Shown: positions 28,444 through 40,158 of the stretch, in pieces
Layout: each line of letters opens with the position of its first letter
How positions within the stretch are numbered: the first letter of the stretch is position 1
Assembly (NCBI GenBank): GCA_026984775.1
Contig: JALSRM010000026.1
Coordinates: forward strand, 2,456 to 66,455
Reading direction: 5' to 3'
Length of the DNA stretch: 64,000 bases
Origin: Gammaproteobacteria bacterium
Lineage (GTDB): Bacteria > Pseudomonadota > Gammaproteobacteria > CAJXQU01
Made by a program: the position numbers and the translations under genes
The notes under the pieces: model-generated
What the model was told of the DNA's origin: nothing
The model's input: only the letters and a program-made list of their open reading frames with translations
Databases searched by the model: none

Positions 28444-29144
28444 GGTAATTTCATCATCTCATTCTTAAGTAAAGAATGATACAACAGAGACTGCCTTTCC
28501 AGCAGGCCGTCTCTTCAACCTCCTATTCTAATCTGTCACTGCGAAGATTCTCATGACAAGATTACAAGCATATGTATTTTTACACTTGCTTTTCCAATTC
28601 TGGTGCTGGAAGTAGGCTGACACCGCACTCTATTGTTGAAAGAGAGGTAAATGTCGGTTTCTTTAGTCTTGTCTTAAAATTAAACTGTCATCCAATCTAT
28701 CGAATGGTGATGTTAATGCTACTAACATCACCAGGAAACGACGATTATGCCACTCAATTACGACCGACTCCCCTGTCTCCAGCCAATTTCAGTACCGCGA
28801 CTCTTGAACAATAATCGATGTTGTGTACCGTGCGATCAGCGAAGATGTCCGCCTGTTCCTCACGACAGTCGATCGGAGAGGGAAAAGATAAATGATACTG
28901 CAGGTATAGAAATACTCTACACAGACGGGGTGTTCTTTGTCACAGAAAATATCCAGCAGTAATCCCTGGAGATACTCCGTGCAGGACGCAGTTGACCTGC
29001 TGGGTTACAGCTGAAACCTTCTCAAAACCGATCCATCCTCCGTGCAGAGGAAACAGACCTGATAATCAAAGATACTCCCCTCCCTGGTAGTACGCTCTTC
29101 GAAGGACCAGGTGTTTTCCGTGTAATCTTACCCTGCACCAGGTT

Positions 29145-29828
29145 TTAGTTTTCTCCTGTCGCCTTGTTCATCCCCTTCATGAATTCGCCCAATGCCTCGC
29201 CAGCCTTCTCCGGTGACATGTTTTTCAAATTCTCGAGGCTTTTTCCCGTCTCTTGTTTGAACTGCTCCATTCTACTCTGCATTTCTCTCGCAGAACGTTC
29301 TGCACCGAGATTGAAAATAATGCCAATAATTGCAAGAACACCAAAAACGATCATACTCGTCTGTTTGTTCAGACCGTGTACTTCCGTACTGGCAACCCAC
29401 ATCAGATAACACCCCCAAAGTACGGGAATAACCGCACCAAAGAAAGGTATCAATGAGAGTACTGCTGTGACAGGTAATACCGCCATAGACCATGCAACAG
29501 ATCGATAAGCTGTTTCATAACCATGGTGCGATCCCATCAACTTCCAGATCACAAACATAATGGCTGCCGAGAAAAAACTGCCAATCAACATCATGATTGG
29601 CATGATGATGATCGCACTCAACCCCGCAGCAGCCACGTGCCCACCACCTAAGAGCGCAGAAAGAATAAAAATGATTGTTGCGATGACAGCGATCGAAATA
29701 ACGAAGACCACAGGCTCGGCATAACCACCTGTTTTCGGCATGTTTCGGTAGAAATGCACTGGTGTGGTAATCACTGTCTTTGCATCTTCCATGATTCTTG
29801 AAAAATCAAACCCCGATGTATTTTCCAT
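29145..29828 (-). CDS. Yip1-family membrane protein
   Basis: Five TM helices with a Yip1-like N-terminal region (FYRNMPKTGGYAEPVVFVISIAV); charged C-terminal tail. Confidence 0.65.
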   Translation of the reverse strand: MENTSGFDFSRIMEDAKTVITTPVHFYRNMPKTGGYAEPVVFVISIAVIATIIFILSALLGGGHVAAAGLSAIIIMPIMMLIGSFFSAAIMFVIWKLMGSHHGYETAYRSVAWSMAVLPVTAVLSLIPFFGAVIPVLWGCYLMWVASTEVHGLNKQTSMIVFGVLAIIGIIFNLGAERSAREMQSRMEQFKQETGKSLENLKNMSPEKAGEALGEFMKGMNKATGEN

Positions 29829-30084
29829 GATGCCTCCTGATTATTATTGTCAAGAGTACAATTTAGCACTATGCCCATGCTGGATCTACAAATCAAATAC
29901 TTCAACCCACGAAAGCCCGGATAAATTTTATACAGATATTACAAAAGGGAACACTCAGCCAAATTGAGGTCTGAATACACAGAAAATAGTGGATCGGGTT
30001 TTGAGATACACAACGAAGCACCTGAAGGATCTAACCTTCGTACACCTTACTGTGAATTTTTCTGAGATGCTTGAGTCCTGGCCG

Positions 30085-31629
30085 TCAGAATAATTCCACA
30101 CCTAATAACGGTAATGCGATCAGATACATCAAAAGTGAGATCAATACAATTCCTAATAGATTCAGTATCAATCCCGCCTTGCACATCTGAGGTATGGAGA
30201 TTCTACCGGAAGAAAATACGATCGCGTTTGGTGCAGTTGCCACCGGCATCATGAAGGCACAACTCGCGGCAACAGCAGCAGTAACAATCAAGGCATAGGG
30301 GTGGACACCCAGCATTGGCCCGATCGCAGCCAGAATCGGGACCATTGTTGCTGTTGTAGCGATATTGCTGGTCAATTCGGTCATGAAAATGATCAAGGTA
30401 CAAACCGCCACGATCATCAAGAAGACAGGTACACCAGTGAAACCTGCTACTTGATAGCCAACAAACTCCCCTACCCCGTTTTTATCAATCGCAGAGGCGA
30501 GGCTGAGACCACCACCAAAAAGCAACAAGATCCCCCACGGTAACTCCTTGCAACTTTCCCAATCCATAACAAAACGACGTTTTCTGAAGTTAACTGGCAA
30601 AATAAACAAAGCAAGCGCTGCAAGCATGGCGATACCGGAATCCGTCAGCCCGGCAAATGGGTGTAATTCCCCGAAAGAGATCTTCTGCAACAAAGGCCTG
30701 AAAATCCAAGCCACTACAGCAGACAAAAATACGATCAAGGTCAGTTTTTCACCCCGGTTCATCTCTCCCAACTTTACATATTCACGATCGGCCATATTTC
30801 CAGCACCATCGATGACCAATCCTTTGAATGGATAGATCCAACGGGTGAGTAACAACCAGGTCAGGGGCAAGAACAAGACAACGACAGGCAAACCGACACC
30901 CAGCCAGAGAACAAAACTTATCTCCTGACCAAAGACTTCCTTAATATACGACGCGAGCAAAAGGTTTGGAGGTGTGCCAATCAATGTACCTATACCTCCG
31001 ATCGAAGCACTATAGGCAATTCCCAGAAGCAGGCAAAGAGAGAAATTTCTGGTGACATGGGCAGGATGTTCATCATCTTCCGCGACAATCAGCGCAAGCA
31101 GGCTCAGGGCGATGGGCGTCATCATGATCGTTGTCGCGGTATTGGAAACCCACATGCTGAGTCCCGCTGTTGCTATCATGAATCCTGCGACGATATTGAC
31201 AGGACGACCTCCAACCAGTTTCAACGTCTTCAGTGCGATTCGCTTATGCAGTCCCCAGCGCTGCATGGAGAGAGAGATCATGAAACCACCGAGGAAAAGG
31301 AAAATCAGGTAATGGGCATATGGTGCAGCGGCCTCTCTGATCGGAACCGCACCGACTACAGGGAAAAGGATAACCGGGAGAAGTGCAGTCATATAAATCG
31401 GGATGGCCTCAGTCAGCCACCAGACAGCCATCCAGACAGCTACTGCGGTGGTCGCACGACCGGCGTGGGTAAATTCACGAATTCCACCTTCGGCATCTGG
31501 ATAGGTTTCAGGCAATAACAGATAAATCATTAATCCAAGAACCGGCCCTCCGAAGAATCCTGCCCACGGGATAACAGTTTTTAACAATTGGAGTAACGCT
31601 CTATGAGTCATGCCGCTATAATAAACCAA
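30085..31629 (-). CDS. DASS/SLC13-family anion transporter (divalent anion:Na+ symporter)
   Basis: 514 aa, about 12-14 TM, internal repeat with SNTAT-type hairpin motifs (VSNTATTIMMTPI and TSNIATTATMVPI). Confidence 0.8.
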   Translation of the reverse strand: MVYYSGMTHRALLQLLKTVIPWAGFFGGPVLGLMIYLLLPETYPDAEGGIREFTHAGRATTAVAVWMAVWWLTEAIPIYMTALLPVILFPVVGAVPIREAAAPYAHYLIFLFLGGFMISLSMQRWGLHKRIALKTLKLVGGRPVNIVAGFMIATAGLSMWVSNTATTIMMTPIALSLLALIVAEDDEHPAHVTRNFSLCLLLGIAYSASIGGIGTLIGTPPNLLLASYIKEVFGQEISFVLWLGVGLPVVVLFLPLTWLLLTRWIYPFKGLVIDGAGNMADREYVKLGEMNRGEKLTLIVFLSAVVAWIFRPLLQKISFGELHPFAGLTDSGIAMLAALALFILPVNFRKRRFVMDWESCKELPWGILLLFGGGLSLASAIDKNGVGEFVGYQVAGFTGVPVFLMIVAVCTLIIFMTELTSNIATTATMVPILAAIGPMLGVHPYALIVTAAVAASCAFMMPVATAPNAIVFSSGRISIPQMCKAGLILNLLGIVLISLLMYLIALPLLGVELF

Positions 31630-31763
31630 GTAATTAAAAGATTTTCACTCTCCTGTTTCCAGATCGGTAAACTTATTGCATGTACATCTCGTACTCATGG
31701 ATAACAGGTTTTTTTATGAGTACAGACATTGAGCTTCCTTTATAATTTGAATTACTGCCTATA

Positions 31764-33626
31764 ATGAGTCTGAAATACGAAATTTCCGGCGCACAGATCG
31801 ACGGTGCCCGTGACTACCAAGAAGACTCTTTCCTGATCACACATCTACAGGCCGGTGATAAGGAAGGCCAAATCTCGCTGGTTATTGTTGCAGACGGGAT
31901 GGGTGGTCATGCTGCTGGAAACGTGGCAAGCAACCTTGCCGTCCAGGCGTTCAACAAATATGTCACGACACATTATCCATCCGATTCCATCCCATCTCTC
32001 CTCAAAGCTGCCACAGAGGAAGCCAATCAGGCTATTGGGAAGACGATAAGGGAAACCTCCGCACTAAAGGGTATGGGATGCACCTTGGTTGCAGCTCTCT
32101 GTATCAATGACAAACTGTACTGGATCAGCGTAGGTGACAGTCACCTCTTTCATGTCCAGAACAACAAACTTATCAAGAAAAATGCCGATCACAGTTACGG
32201 TGGCTATCTTGATCGCATGGCAGCGGAAGGGAATGCGGTCAACGAAGAGAACGGCTATTCACGGCACATGTTACTGAGTGCACTGACAGGGGAGCCCATC
32301 CCTGCCATCGATTGCTCAGAGCAGCCTGTAACCCTAAAAGAGGGTGATCAGATTCTGCTCTGTTCTGATGGAATCGATACCCTTGATCAAGAAAAGATCC
32401 AGACCAAGTGCATACAGGCAGAAACAGCAAAAGGTCTGGCCGATCAATTGCTTACGGATGTCGATAATGCGCAACGGCCAAGGCAGGACAATACAACCGT
32501 TGTCGTCATCAATGTACTTACGGCCAGAAGCTCCGCACAGGTCGAAATAACCACGAAAAAACAACCGCCTAGGGAACCAATTACTCCAGCACCTGCAAAC
32601 ACGGCAAGCCGACAATCTTCACCCCCTCCTTCTGAACCAAGAAAACAGGTTGTCGAAAACAGGTATCGCGATCATAAGTCTGGCAAGAAGTTATCAGCGG
32701 GATGGATCGTTCCATTTGCTCTGATTGCACTCCTTGCCGGTGCAGGCTGGTGGTACTTCAAGGAGGGTAGAATCCCCCTCCCCGTCACCATCGATAATAC
32801 GGAAGAACCAGCGATTGCAACTAAAACAGGCAACCCAGCAGTTGAAAAAGATGACAAGATCAACAGCCACGAGGCCGTCATCAGAGATTCAACCGTCGAA
32901 TCAAATTTGCAACATAAAACAGTTGCATTCAAAGACGCGTTGAACAGGGGCGGTAGAGGACCCGAAATGGTATGGATCCCGGCGGGCACCTTCACAATGG
33001 GAGGGGGTTCCAGTACCTCACCATCCAATGAAAGACCAAAACATCAGGTCACTCTGAAAAAATTCGCTATCAGTAGCAAGGAAGTGACACGAGGTGACTA
33101 TTCACTATTCAGCGGTATAGCCGTATCTAAAGCAAACAGGAACAAACCGGTACAGGATATTTCCTGGTATCAGGCACAGAAATATCTTCGCTGGCTTTCT
33201 AAACAGACCGGTAAACAGTATCGTCTGCCCACAGAAGCCGAATGGGAATATGCGGCAAGGGCAGGTACAAAATCACCCTATTGGTGGGGTTTCAAGGTGG
33301 GCACGGATAATGCTCTCTGCTTCGGCTGTGGCGTACCCCTGGAGCCGACCCGACCAAAAGATGTGGGTTCATACAAACCCAATCAGTTTGGCCTGTATGA
33401 TACAGCAGGCAATGTGGCCGAATGGGTCGAAGACTGCTACCACGGTGACTATAACGGTGCTCCGACAGATGGAAGCGCCTGGATAACGAAAGGGTGTAAG
33501 GAAAGGGTCGTCCGCGGAGGATCTTACCTGAATGCCCCAAAATCTCTGATCGTCTCGCGCCGAAATAAACTGGAGCCAGGCAAGTCAGAAAAACATATCG
33601 GTTTTCGTATCGTTCGTGAAGAGTAA
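31764..33626 (+). CDS. PP2C-family Ser/Thr phosphatase fused via one TM helix to a C-terminal FGE-sulfatase (formylglycine-generating-enzyme-like) domain
   Basis: N-terminal DYQEDSFLI...VADGMGGHAAGNVAS PP2C motifs; Pro/Ser linker; TM LSAGWIVPFALIALLAGAGWWYF; C-terminal GTFTMGG...RGDYSLF...RVVRGGSY FGE/SUMF1-type motifs. Confidence 0.8.
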   Translation: MSLKYEISGAQIDGARDYQEDSFLITHLQAGDKEGQISLVIVADGMGGHAAGNVASNLAVQAFNKYVTTHYPSDSIPSLLKAATEEANQAIGKTIRETSALKGMGCTLVAALCINDKLYWISVGDSHLFHVQNNKLIKKNADHSYGGYLDRMAAEGNAVNEENGYSRHMLLSALTGEPIPAIDCSEQPVTLKEGDQILLCSDGIDTLDQEKIQTKCIQAETAKGLADQLLTDVDNAQRPRQDNTTVVVINVLTARSSAQVEITTKKQPPREPITPAPANTASRQSSPPPSEPRKQVVENRYRDHKSGKKLSAGWIVPFALIALLAGAGWWYFKEGRIPLPVTIDNTEEPAIATKTGNPAVEKDDKINSHEAVIRDSTVESNLQHKTVAFKDALNRGGRGPEMVWIPAGTFTMGGGSSTSPSNERPKHQVTLKKFAISSKEVTRGDYSLFSGIAVSKANRNKPVQDISWYQAQKYLRWLSKQTGKQYRLPTEAEWEYAARAGTKSPYWWGFKVGTDNALCFGCGVPLEPTRPKDVGSYKPNQFGLYDTAGNVAEWVEDCYHGDYNGAPTDGSAWITKGCKERVVRGGSYLNAPKSLIVSRRNKLEPGKSEKHIGFRIVREE

Positions 33627-33665
33627 CCCCACTTCAGTCCTCTATCTTTGGACATGCGTCTTACT

Positions 33666-33941
33666 TTAGTAATCACTATGACCCAGCGGCAACTCTGGCG
33701 CAATACGATCCCGGATCAGGCGCTTGAGCTCTTTTGACTCTGGAAACCTGCCTTCTTTTTCCCGAGAAAAGAGTTCTTCACCATCAAGCCGGATCACAAA
33801 CACTCCTCCCTTGCCAGGAATAAGCGCCAACTCACCGAGTTCCTCACCCAGAGTCATAAGAACCTCCTGTGCCATCCAGGTGGCGCGTAAGATGAAACGG
33901 CATTGACGACAGTATTCAATCTCGATTCTTGGTGTTGGCAT
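33666..33941 (-). CDS. SelT/SelW/Rdx-family thioredoxin-like protein (CxxC form)
   Basis: 91 aa; IEYCRQCRF N-terminal CxxC in the Rdx fold context. Confidence 0.6.
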   Translation of the reverse strand: MPTPRIEIEYCRQCRFILRATWMAQEVLMTLGEELGELALIPGKGGVFVIRLDGEELFSREKEGRFPESKELKRLIRDRIAPELPLGHSDY

Positions 33942-33969
33942 TGATACACAATCTCCGGAGAACGGGTTA

Positions 33970-35517
33970 ATGAATTATAATTATCTCATGGATCCGGTCG
34001 AACTGAGTCTGTTTTCATCACGTATCAATTCAATTTGCGAGGAGATGGGTGCCATTTTGAGGCGTACAGCTTTCTCCCCCAACATCAAGGACCGGCTAGA
34101 TTATTCCTGTGCCATTTTCGATAGTCGGGGTCGTTTATGCGCTCAAGCCGCCCACATCCCGGTCCATCTGGGTAGTATGGCTTATGCCATGCAGGGTATC
34201 ACGGAGGCAATTGAATGGTCTGAAGGCGATATGATGATTCTGAATGATCCATTCCGTGGTGGAACGCATTTGCCTGATATCACTGTCATCGCTCCATTTT
34301 TCCACCACTCTCGGCTTTGTGGTTTTGTTGCCAACCGTGCTCATCACGCCGATGCAGGATGTGATACTCCCGGTTCCATGCCCCTTTCATCCTCACTGGA
34401 AGAAGAAGGCATCATTATCCCTCCGGTAAAAATTCTCGAACAGGGAATTTTAAGCGAACAAACAATGTTCACCCTGCTGAAAAACTCCAGAAATCCAATC
34501 GCAAGTCGTGGTGATTTCAATGCCCAGATCAGTGCTAACCTTTGTGGAATCAATCGTCTGCATGAACTAATTGAAACTCTAGGGAACAAAAACTGGCAGT
34601 CAACATTGAAACACCTTAATGATTATGCAGAAAGACTTGCATCCAGGCATCTCTCTAAGTTACCTGATGGAAATTTCCACTATACAGACTGGATGGACGA
34701 TGACGGCCAAGGTCAGACCAGAATCCCCATTTCTGCAGAAATCAGGTGTAACCATGGCAAAATCCATGTGGATTTTTCAGGTACCGCAACCCAGGTTAAG
34801 GGGAATATCAACTGTCCTCTACCGGTTACAGTAGCTGCCGTCTATTATGTTTTTTATTGTCTCATGCCACCCAATACCCCTGCCTGTGATGGCTGCTTCC
34901 GTTCAATCTCAATCACGGCACCCGAGAGGAGCCTTGTCAATGCCCAGTATCCTGCTGCCGTGGTTGCCGGCAATGTCGAAACCAGTACACGGATTGTGGA
35001 TGTCATTCTTGGCGCACTGGCTCAGGCTATCCCTGATCAGATCCCGGCAGCCAGTCACGGCAGCATGAATAATGTCGCCATGGGTTCAAACAACTGGGCA
35101 TACTATGAAACATTGGGTGGAGGGATGGGTGGACACAGCCGAGCCAAAGGGTTCTCAGCCATTCAGACACATATGACCAATACCCTGAATACACCGATAG
35201 AAGTCGTGGAAATGAACTTTCCTTTAAAGATCAACACGTATTCCATTCGGGAACACTCTGCAGGCTTAGGAAAAAACCCAGGTGGACATGGATTGATCCG
35301 GGAATATGAATTCCTACAGAAAACGACCGTAACATTATTGACCGAACGCCGCACTACCTCACCATGGAGTCTCTTGGGCGGCGGTGTAGCCAAAAGGGGT
35401 ATCAATTTACTCAACAATCAACCGCTACCTGCAAAAACTGAGTTTACGGCAAAACCGGGTGATCGGCTGCGTATCATGACGGCCGGCGGTGGTGGTTGGG
35501 GAAATCCTGATACGTAA
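33970..35517 (+). CDS. hydantoinase B/oxoprolinase family protein (HyuB-like)
   Basis: 515 aa; N-terminal DPVELSLFSSRINSICEEMGAILRRTAFSPNIKDRLDYSCAIFD is the HyuB family signature; no HyuA partner nearby. Confidence 0.8.
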   Translation: MNYNYLMDPVELSLFSSRINSICEEMGAILRRTAFSPNIKDRLDYSCAIFDSRGRLCAQAAHIPVHLGSMAYAMQGITEAIEWSEGDMMILNDPFRGGTHLPDITVIAPFFHHSRLCGFVANRAHHADAGCDTPGSMPLSSSLEEEGIIIPPVKILEQGILSEQTMFTLLKNSRNPIASRGDFNAQISANLCGINRLHELIETLGNKNWQSTLKHLNDYAERLASRHLSKLPDGNFHYTDWMDDDGQGQTRIPISAEIRCNHGKIHVDFSGTATQVKGNINCPLPVTVAAVYYVFYCLMPPNTPACDGCFRSISITAPERSLVNAQYPAAVVAGNVETSTRIVDVILGALAQAIPDQIPAASHGSMNNVAMGSNNWAYYETLGGGMGGHSRAKGFSAIQTHMTNTLNTPIEVVEMNFPLKINTYSIREHSAGLGKNPGGHGLIREYEFLQKTTVTLLTERRTTSPWSLLGGGVAKRGINLLNNQPLPAKTEFTAKPGDRLRIMTAGGGGWGNPDT

Positions 35518-35582
35518 GGTTTAAATTGATCGTGATCCCGTCTAGAATAGTAATATATTAGTGTTTTACTCAGGAATTAGAA

Positions 35583-35906
35583 ATGGACATTATCGAAAAA
35601 ATCAGAGAAGTTGTTGAAAATACGCCTATCGTGCTCTTTATGAAGGGCAACCCGCAATTCCCTCAATGTGGCTTTTCTGCTCGTACGGTTGAGGCGCTCA
35701 AAAACTGTGGTGTCGAATTTTCCTATGTGGACGTGCTCGAAGAGCCTTCAGTTCGCGAAAATCTGCCCAAGTATTCAGACTGGCCAACGTTTCCACAACT
35801 TTTCATCAATGGAGAACTTGTTGGCGGCTGCGATATCGTACTTGAACTCTACGAGCAGGGAGAATTACAAAAAATGGTTCAGGAGGCAGTCAAGGGTGAA
35901 TCCTGA
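35583..35906 (+). CDS. grxD: Grx4-type monothiol glutaredoxin
   Basis: 107 aa; CGFS active site (PQCGFSARTVEAL), typical GrxD. Confidence 0.9.
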   Translation: MDIIEKIREVVENTPIVLFMKGNPQFPQCGFSARTVEALKNCGVEFSYVDVLEEPSVRENLPKYSDWPTFPQLFINGELVGGCDIVLELYEQGELQKMVQEAVKGES

Positions 35907-35925
35907 CTTGTCCTCTCAAGAAGAA

Positions 35926-35959
35926 AAAATGGATTGTGTCTATGGACACAATCCATTTT
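35926..35959. terminator. bidirectional rho-independent terminator between grxD and glmM
   Basis: aaaatggattgtgtc-tatg-gacacaatccatttt: 15-bp perfect stem with A/T runs on both sides. Confidence 0.7.
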
Positions 35960-35999
35960 AGAATCGCAGATTGGCCTCCTGGAGGAGCTGAGTACTCTC

Positions 36000-37355
36000 T
36001 CAAGCCGCGAGTGACGATATGGCACCCTTGACTGCTTCAGCCAGCTGTTCTGCCAATGTCTTCACTTGAGCGTCATCCTGTCCTTCCACCATGACTCTCA
36101 CGAGAGGCTCAGTGCCGGATGGCCGCAACAAGACCCGACCGGTGTTGCCAAGTTCTGCTTCTACCGCCTTGACTGCCTCTTTGACAGCATCCAGTTCCCT
36201 TACATCAACCTGCTGTTCCAATTTGACATTGATCAACTTCTGGGGATATTTGTTCATGCCGGATTTCAGTGTATTGAGCGATTGTCCCGATCGGACCATT
36301 GCGTCAAGAACCTGAAGTGCAGAAACGATGCCATCACCGGTTGTAGTCATATCCAGGCAGATGATGTGACCAGAGGACTCACCGCCCAGGGTCCAGTCAT
36401 TTTCATGCAACATTTCCATAATGTAGCGATCGCCCACATTGGCACGTCTGAAATCAAGCCCTAGCGTTCGGATCGCATGTTCCAGACCTAGATTGCTCAT
36501 CAGTGTGCCTACAATCGCCCCATTCATACCGCGCACGCGCTGACGTTCACGGGCAATGATGAACAGAAGTTCATCACCATCGAGGATTTCACCGTGATGA
36601 TCAACCATGATCAAACGGTCTCCATCACCATCGAGTGCGATACCCAAATCAGCTCCCTGCGCAAGCACTGCTGCCTGCAGCGATTCCGGGCAGGTTGCAC
36701 CACAATCAGAATTGATATTGACACCATTGGGCATAACACCGATAGACACTACATCGGCGCCCAATTCAGAAAAGACATTGGGTGCAATATTGTAGGTCGC
36801 ACCATTGGCACAATCGACGACGATCTTTAGACCATTCAGGTTTGCACCGACACCAAAAGTACTTTTACAGAATTCGATATACCGGCCTTCGGCATCCTCT
36901 ACCCTGTGTGCTCTTCCAAGCTCAAGCGATGGGGCTATTTTCATGGGTTCATCGATCATTTTCTCAATAGCCAGCTCGATATCATCGCCAAGTTTCCGCC
37001 CCTTGCTGGAAAAAAACTTGATACCATTATCCTGATAAGGGTTATGGGATGCACTGATAACAATACCAGCCTGAGCACGGAATGTACGGGTCAGATAGGC
37101 AATACCAGGCGTCGGCATGGGACCCAGCAACATAATATCAACCCCAGCAGCAGAAAGTCCGGCCTCCAATGCAGATTCAAACATATAACCAGAAATCCGC
37201 GTATCCTTACCTATCAAAACCCTGCTATTACCCTGTTCGGCTAGGACACGGCCCGCTGCCCAGCCTAGTTTCATGACGAAATCAGGGGTTATCGGATAAT
37301 GACCAACCTCTCCTCTTATCCCGTCGGTGCCAAAGAATTTCCTGTTACCAGACAT
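36000..37355 (-). CDS. glmM: phosphoglucosamine mutase
   Basis: FGTDGIRG N-terminus, active-site SASHNP, 451 aa. Confidence 0.9.
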   Translation of the reverse strand: MSGNRKFFGTDGIRGEVGHYPITPDFVMKLGWAAGRVLAEQGNSRVLIGKDTRISGYMFESALEAGLSAAGVDIMLLGPMPTPGIAYLTRTFRAQAGIVISASHNPYQDNGIKFFSSKGRKLGDDIELAIEKMIDEPMKIAPSLELGRAHRVEDAEGRYIEFCKSTFGVGANLNGLKIVVDCANGATYNIAPNVFSELGADVVSIGVMPNGVNINSDCGATCPESLQAAVLAQGADLGIALDGDGDRLIMVDHHGEILDGDELLFIIARERQRVRGMNGAIVGTLMSNLGLEHAIRTLGLDFRRANVGDRYIMEMLHENDWTLGGESSGHIICLDMTTTGDGIVSALQVLDAMVRSGQSLNTLKSGMNKYPQKLINVKLEQQVDVRELDAVKEAVKAVEAELGNTGRVLLRPSGTEPLVRVMVEGQDDAQVKTLAEQLAEAVKGAISSLAA

Positions 37356-37510
37356 AGATGTTGTCTCCTTGCTTGATCTTACTGCCTCCCTTCATAGCGG
37401 CAGATCCCTGGAAAAATCAACCCCGCTCTTAATGGGGTTGATTGAATTATTAGGAGAATAATACGCGACTTTTTCAGAACAAAAAGTTAAATTTATAAAG
37501 GTCTTGAAAA

Positions 37511-39451
37511 TTAGTGCAAACTTGCGGGATCACCGATTTGGTCATCTCCTTTGCCCTTTTGGGTACCCTCTGTTTCAACTCCAACACCGTTGGAAGGGGT
37601 CCCCTTGTCGTCATCTGACCAGTCTGCCGGGGGCCTGGGTACTTTGCCCTCCATGATGTCATCGATCTGTTCAGAGTCGATGGTCTCATATTTCAACAAC
37701 GCATCGGCCATCAGATGTAACTTATCGATATTCTCTTTGAGAAGTTTTTCTGCACGCTGGTAGTTACGATCAATATAATGACGTATTTCCTCATCAATGG
37801 CGCGAGCTGTTCCATCCGACACCTGTTTATGCTGGGTCACCGAACGCCCAAGGAAGACCTCGCCTTCATCTTCTGTATAGGTCAATGGTCCCAATCGATC
37901 GGAGAGCCCCCATTTCGTTACCATATTCCTGGCGATCTCCGTGGCACGCTCGATATCGTTAGCCGCACCTGTTGTTACCTTCGCTGGGCCAAAGATCATT
38001 TCTTCGGCAATCCGGCCACCATAAAGGCTAGAGATCTGACTTTCCAGACGCTCTTTGCTGTAACTGACCCGATCTTCTTCGGGAAGGAACATGGTGACAC
38101 CCAGGGCTCTTCCTCGAGGGATGATACTGACCTTGTAGACCGGGTCATGGGATGGCACCAACCTGCCGACAATGGCATGACCAGCCTCATGGTAAGCCGT
38201 GAGTTTCTTTTCATCTTCACTCATGACCATGGATCGTCTTTCTGCCCCCATGAGGATCTTGTCCTTGGCCTTTTCAAAATCTTCCATTGTTACCCGATTT
38301 TTGTTGGCTCTTGCAGCAAAGAGTGAGGCTTCGTTAACCAAATTGGCCAGATCCGCACCAGAAAAACCCGGTGTACTTCTTGCCAGAACACTGGGTTTGA
38401 CATCATCTCCCAGCGGGACCTTACGCATATGCACCCGAAGGATCTGGTCACGGCCACGAATGTCCGGTAATGGGACGACTACCTGTCGGTCGAAACGTCC
38501 AGGACGCAGCAGTGCTGCATCGAGCACATCCGGACGGTTGGTCGCAGCGATGACGATAACCCCCTCATTGCCTTCAAAACCATCCATTTCAACCAGTAAC
38601 TGATTCAAGGTCTGCTCACGCTCGTCATGTCCACCTCCGAGGCCAGCACCGCGTTGACGCCCCACGGCATCGATCTCGTCGATAAAAATGATGCAGGGCG
38701 CATGCTTTTTGGCCTGTTCGAACATGTCACGGACACGAGAAGCACCGACACCCACAAACATCTCGACAAAGTCGGAACCCGAGATGGTAAAAAAGGGGAC
38801 TTTCGCCTCACCGGCAATGGCCTTGGCAAGCAGTGTTTTACCCGTGCCCGGAGAGCCTACGAGCAATACACCACGTGGGATCTTACCTCCGAGTTTCTGG
38901 AATTTTCCTGGATCACGCAGGAATTCAACAAGTTCAACAACCTCTTCCTTTGCTTCTTCGACACCGGCAACATCGTTGAAGGTGACTTTGACCTGATCCT
39001 CGCCCATGAGTCTCGCCCGGCTCTTGCCGAAAGACATGGCTCCACGACCACCGCCACCGCCCTGCATCTGGCGCATAAAAAATATCCATACACCGATCAA
39101 GAGCAGAATTGGAAACCATGAGATCAAGATCTGGAGAAGAAAGCTTTCTTTCTCTGGAGGTGCAGATTTGATCTCTACATTATGTTCAAGCAGTGTTCCA
39201 ATCAGGGCCTCATTATCCGTTTCTGGATTGTAGACACGAAACAGGCTTCCATCGGTACGCTTACCAATGATAAGACTGTTCTGTTTATCAATCAGGACTT
39301 CTTTGACTTGCCCATTTTTAACATCTGATATGAACGTGGAATAGCCCAAATCATTATTCGCACTTTGTGGTGGATCAAAATTATTGAAGACCATCATCAG
39401 TACAAGTGCGATAACGATCCACAGGATCAGGTTTCTTGCCATATCGTTCAT
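37511..39451 (-). CDS. ftsH: ATP-dependent zinc metalloprotease FtsH
   Basis: Two TM, AAA+ Walker A GPPGTGKT, SRH, HEAGHA zinc motif; 646 aa. Confidence 0.95.
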   Translation of the reverse strand: MNDMARNLILWIVIALVLMMVFNNFDPPQSANNDLGYSTFISDVKNGQVKEVLIDKQNSLIIGKRTDGSLFRVYNPETDNEALIGTLLEHNVEIKSAPPEKESFLLQILISWFPILLLIGVWIFFMRQMQGGGGGRGAMSFGKSRARLMGEDQVKVTFNDVAGVEEAKEEVVELVEFLRDPGKFQKLGGKIPRGVLLVGSPGTGKTLLAKAIAGEAKVPFFTISGSDFVEMFVGVGASRVRDMFEQAKKHAPCIIFIDEIDAVGRQRGAGLGGGHDEREQTLNQLLVEMDGFEGNEGVIVIAATNRPDVLDAALLRPGRFDRQVVVPLPDIRGRDQILRVHMRKVPLGDDVKPSVLARSTPGFSGADLANLVNEASLFAARANKNRVTMEDFEKAKDKILMGAERRSMVMSEDEKKLTAYHEAGHAIVGRLVPSHDPVYKVSIIPRGRALGVTMFLPEEDRVSYSKERLESQISSLYGGRIAEEMIFGPAKVTTGAANDIERATEIARNMVTKWGLSDRLGPLTYTEDEGEVFLGRSVTQHKQVSDGTARAIDEEIRHYIDRNYQRAEKLLKENIDKLHLMADALLKYETIDSEQIDDIMEGKVPRPPADWSDDDKGTPSNGVGVETEGTQKGKGDDQIGDPASLH

Positions 39452-39513
39452 GAATTGATTTACCTCTCGGGAGTACTACCCCTTTGCCCAGGATAGTTTA
39501 TAAAAGCATTAAA

Positions 39514-40158
39514 CTACATATTGAAAGACCTTCCAAGCACATAAACCTCTCTGGAACGGTCGCGAGATGATTTTGGTTTCCTTATGACAACTTTTTTAAA
39601 TTGTCTCCGGGTTTCCTCGACAAATTCATCAAATCCTTCTCCTTGAAACACTTTTGTCAGGAAATCTCCCCCTGGTTTGAGTATTCGACTTGCACAGTCC
39701 AACGCAAGTTCCACCAAGGCCATCGCCCTTGGCTGATCAATCGCACTCATACCACTTATATTGGGGGACATATCAGAAATTACAAGGTCAACCTGTTTTT
39801 TATCCAGTACCGCTAAGAGTCTGTCAAGCACAGATTGTTCCAGAAAATCACCCTGAATAATGGTGGCATTATGAATCGGACCCATCTCAAGAATATCAAG
39901 CGCATAGACATGCCCCTGCTCACCCACCAGGCTGGCAGCAACCTGCGTCCAGCCGCCTGGAGCTGCTCCCAAATCAACGACCTGCATACCTGGCCTGATA
40001 AGTCTGTCTTTTTGCTGTATTTCAAGCAGTTTGAAAGCTGCACGGGAGCGATAGCCCTCCTTTCGAGCCGCTAGTACATACTGATCAGACTCGTGCTCCT
40101 TGAGCCACTGCTGACTGCTGCCACGCTTCTTACCCGTAACGGACCTCCAGGATCTCAT
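39514..40158 (-). CDS. rlmE: 23S rRNA (U2552-2'-O)-methyltransferase RlmE/FtsJ
   Basis: [15 protein letters not shown]...[16 protein letters not shown]...[14 protein letters not shown] motif. True start may be the GTG at about 40140 (VTGKKRG). Confidence 0.9.
   Translation of the reverse strand: MRSWRSVTGKKRGSSQQWLKEHESDQYVLAARKEGYRSRAAFKLLEIQQKDRLIRPGMQVVDLGAAPGGWTQVAASLVGEQGHVYALDILEMGPIHNATIIQGDFLEQSVLDRLLAVLDKKQVDLVISDMSPNISGMSAIDQPRAMALVELALDCASRILKPGGDFLTKVFQGEGFDEFVEETRRQFKKVVIRKPKSSRDRSREVYVLGRSFNM

Noticed and set aside
28444-29144. 700-bp gap between nfo and the Yip1 gene with several 60-80 aa ORFs
   Set aside because: None has a plausible SD/start context or protein-like composition, and no conserved RNA motif was recognisable by eye. 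It could still hold an sRNA; this cannot be settled without covariance search or expression data.
37778-39121. Several + strand ORFs of 134-182 aa
   Set aside because: All lie antisense within ftsH; Ser/Thr/Arg-rich junk translations.
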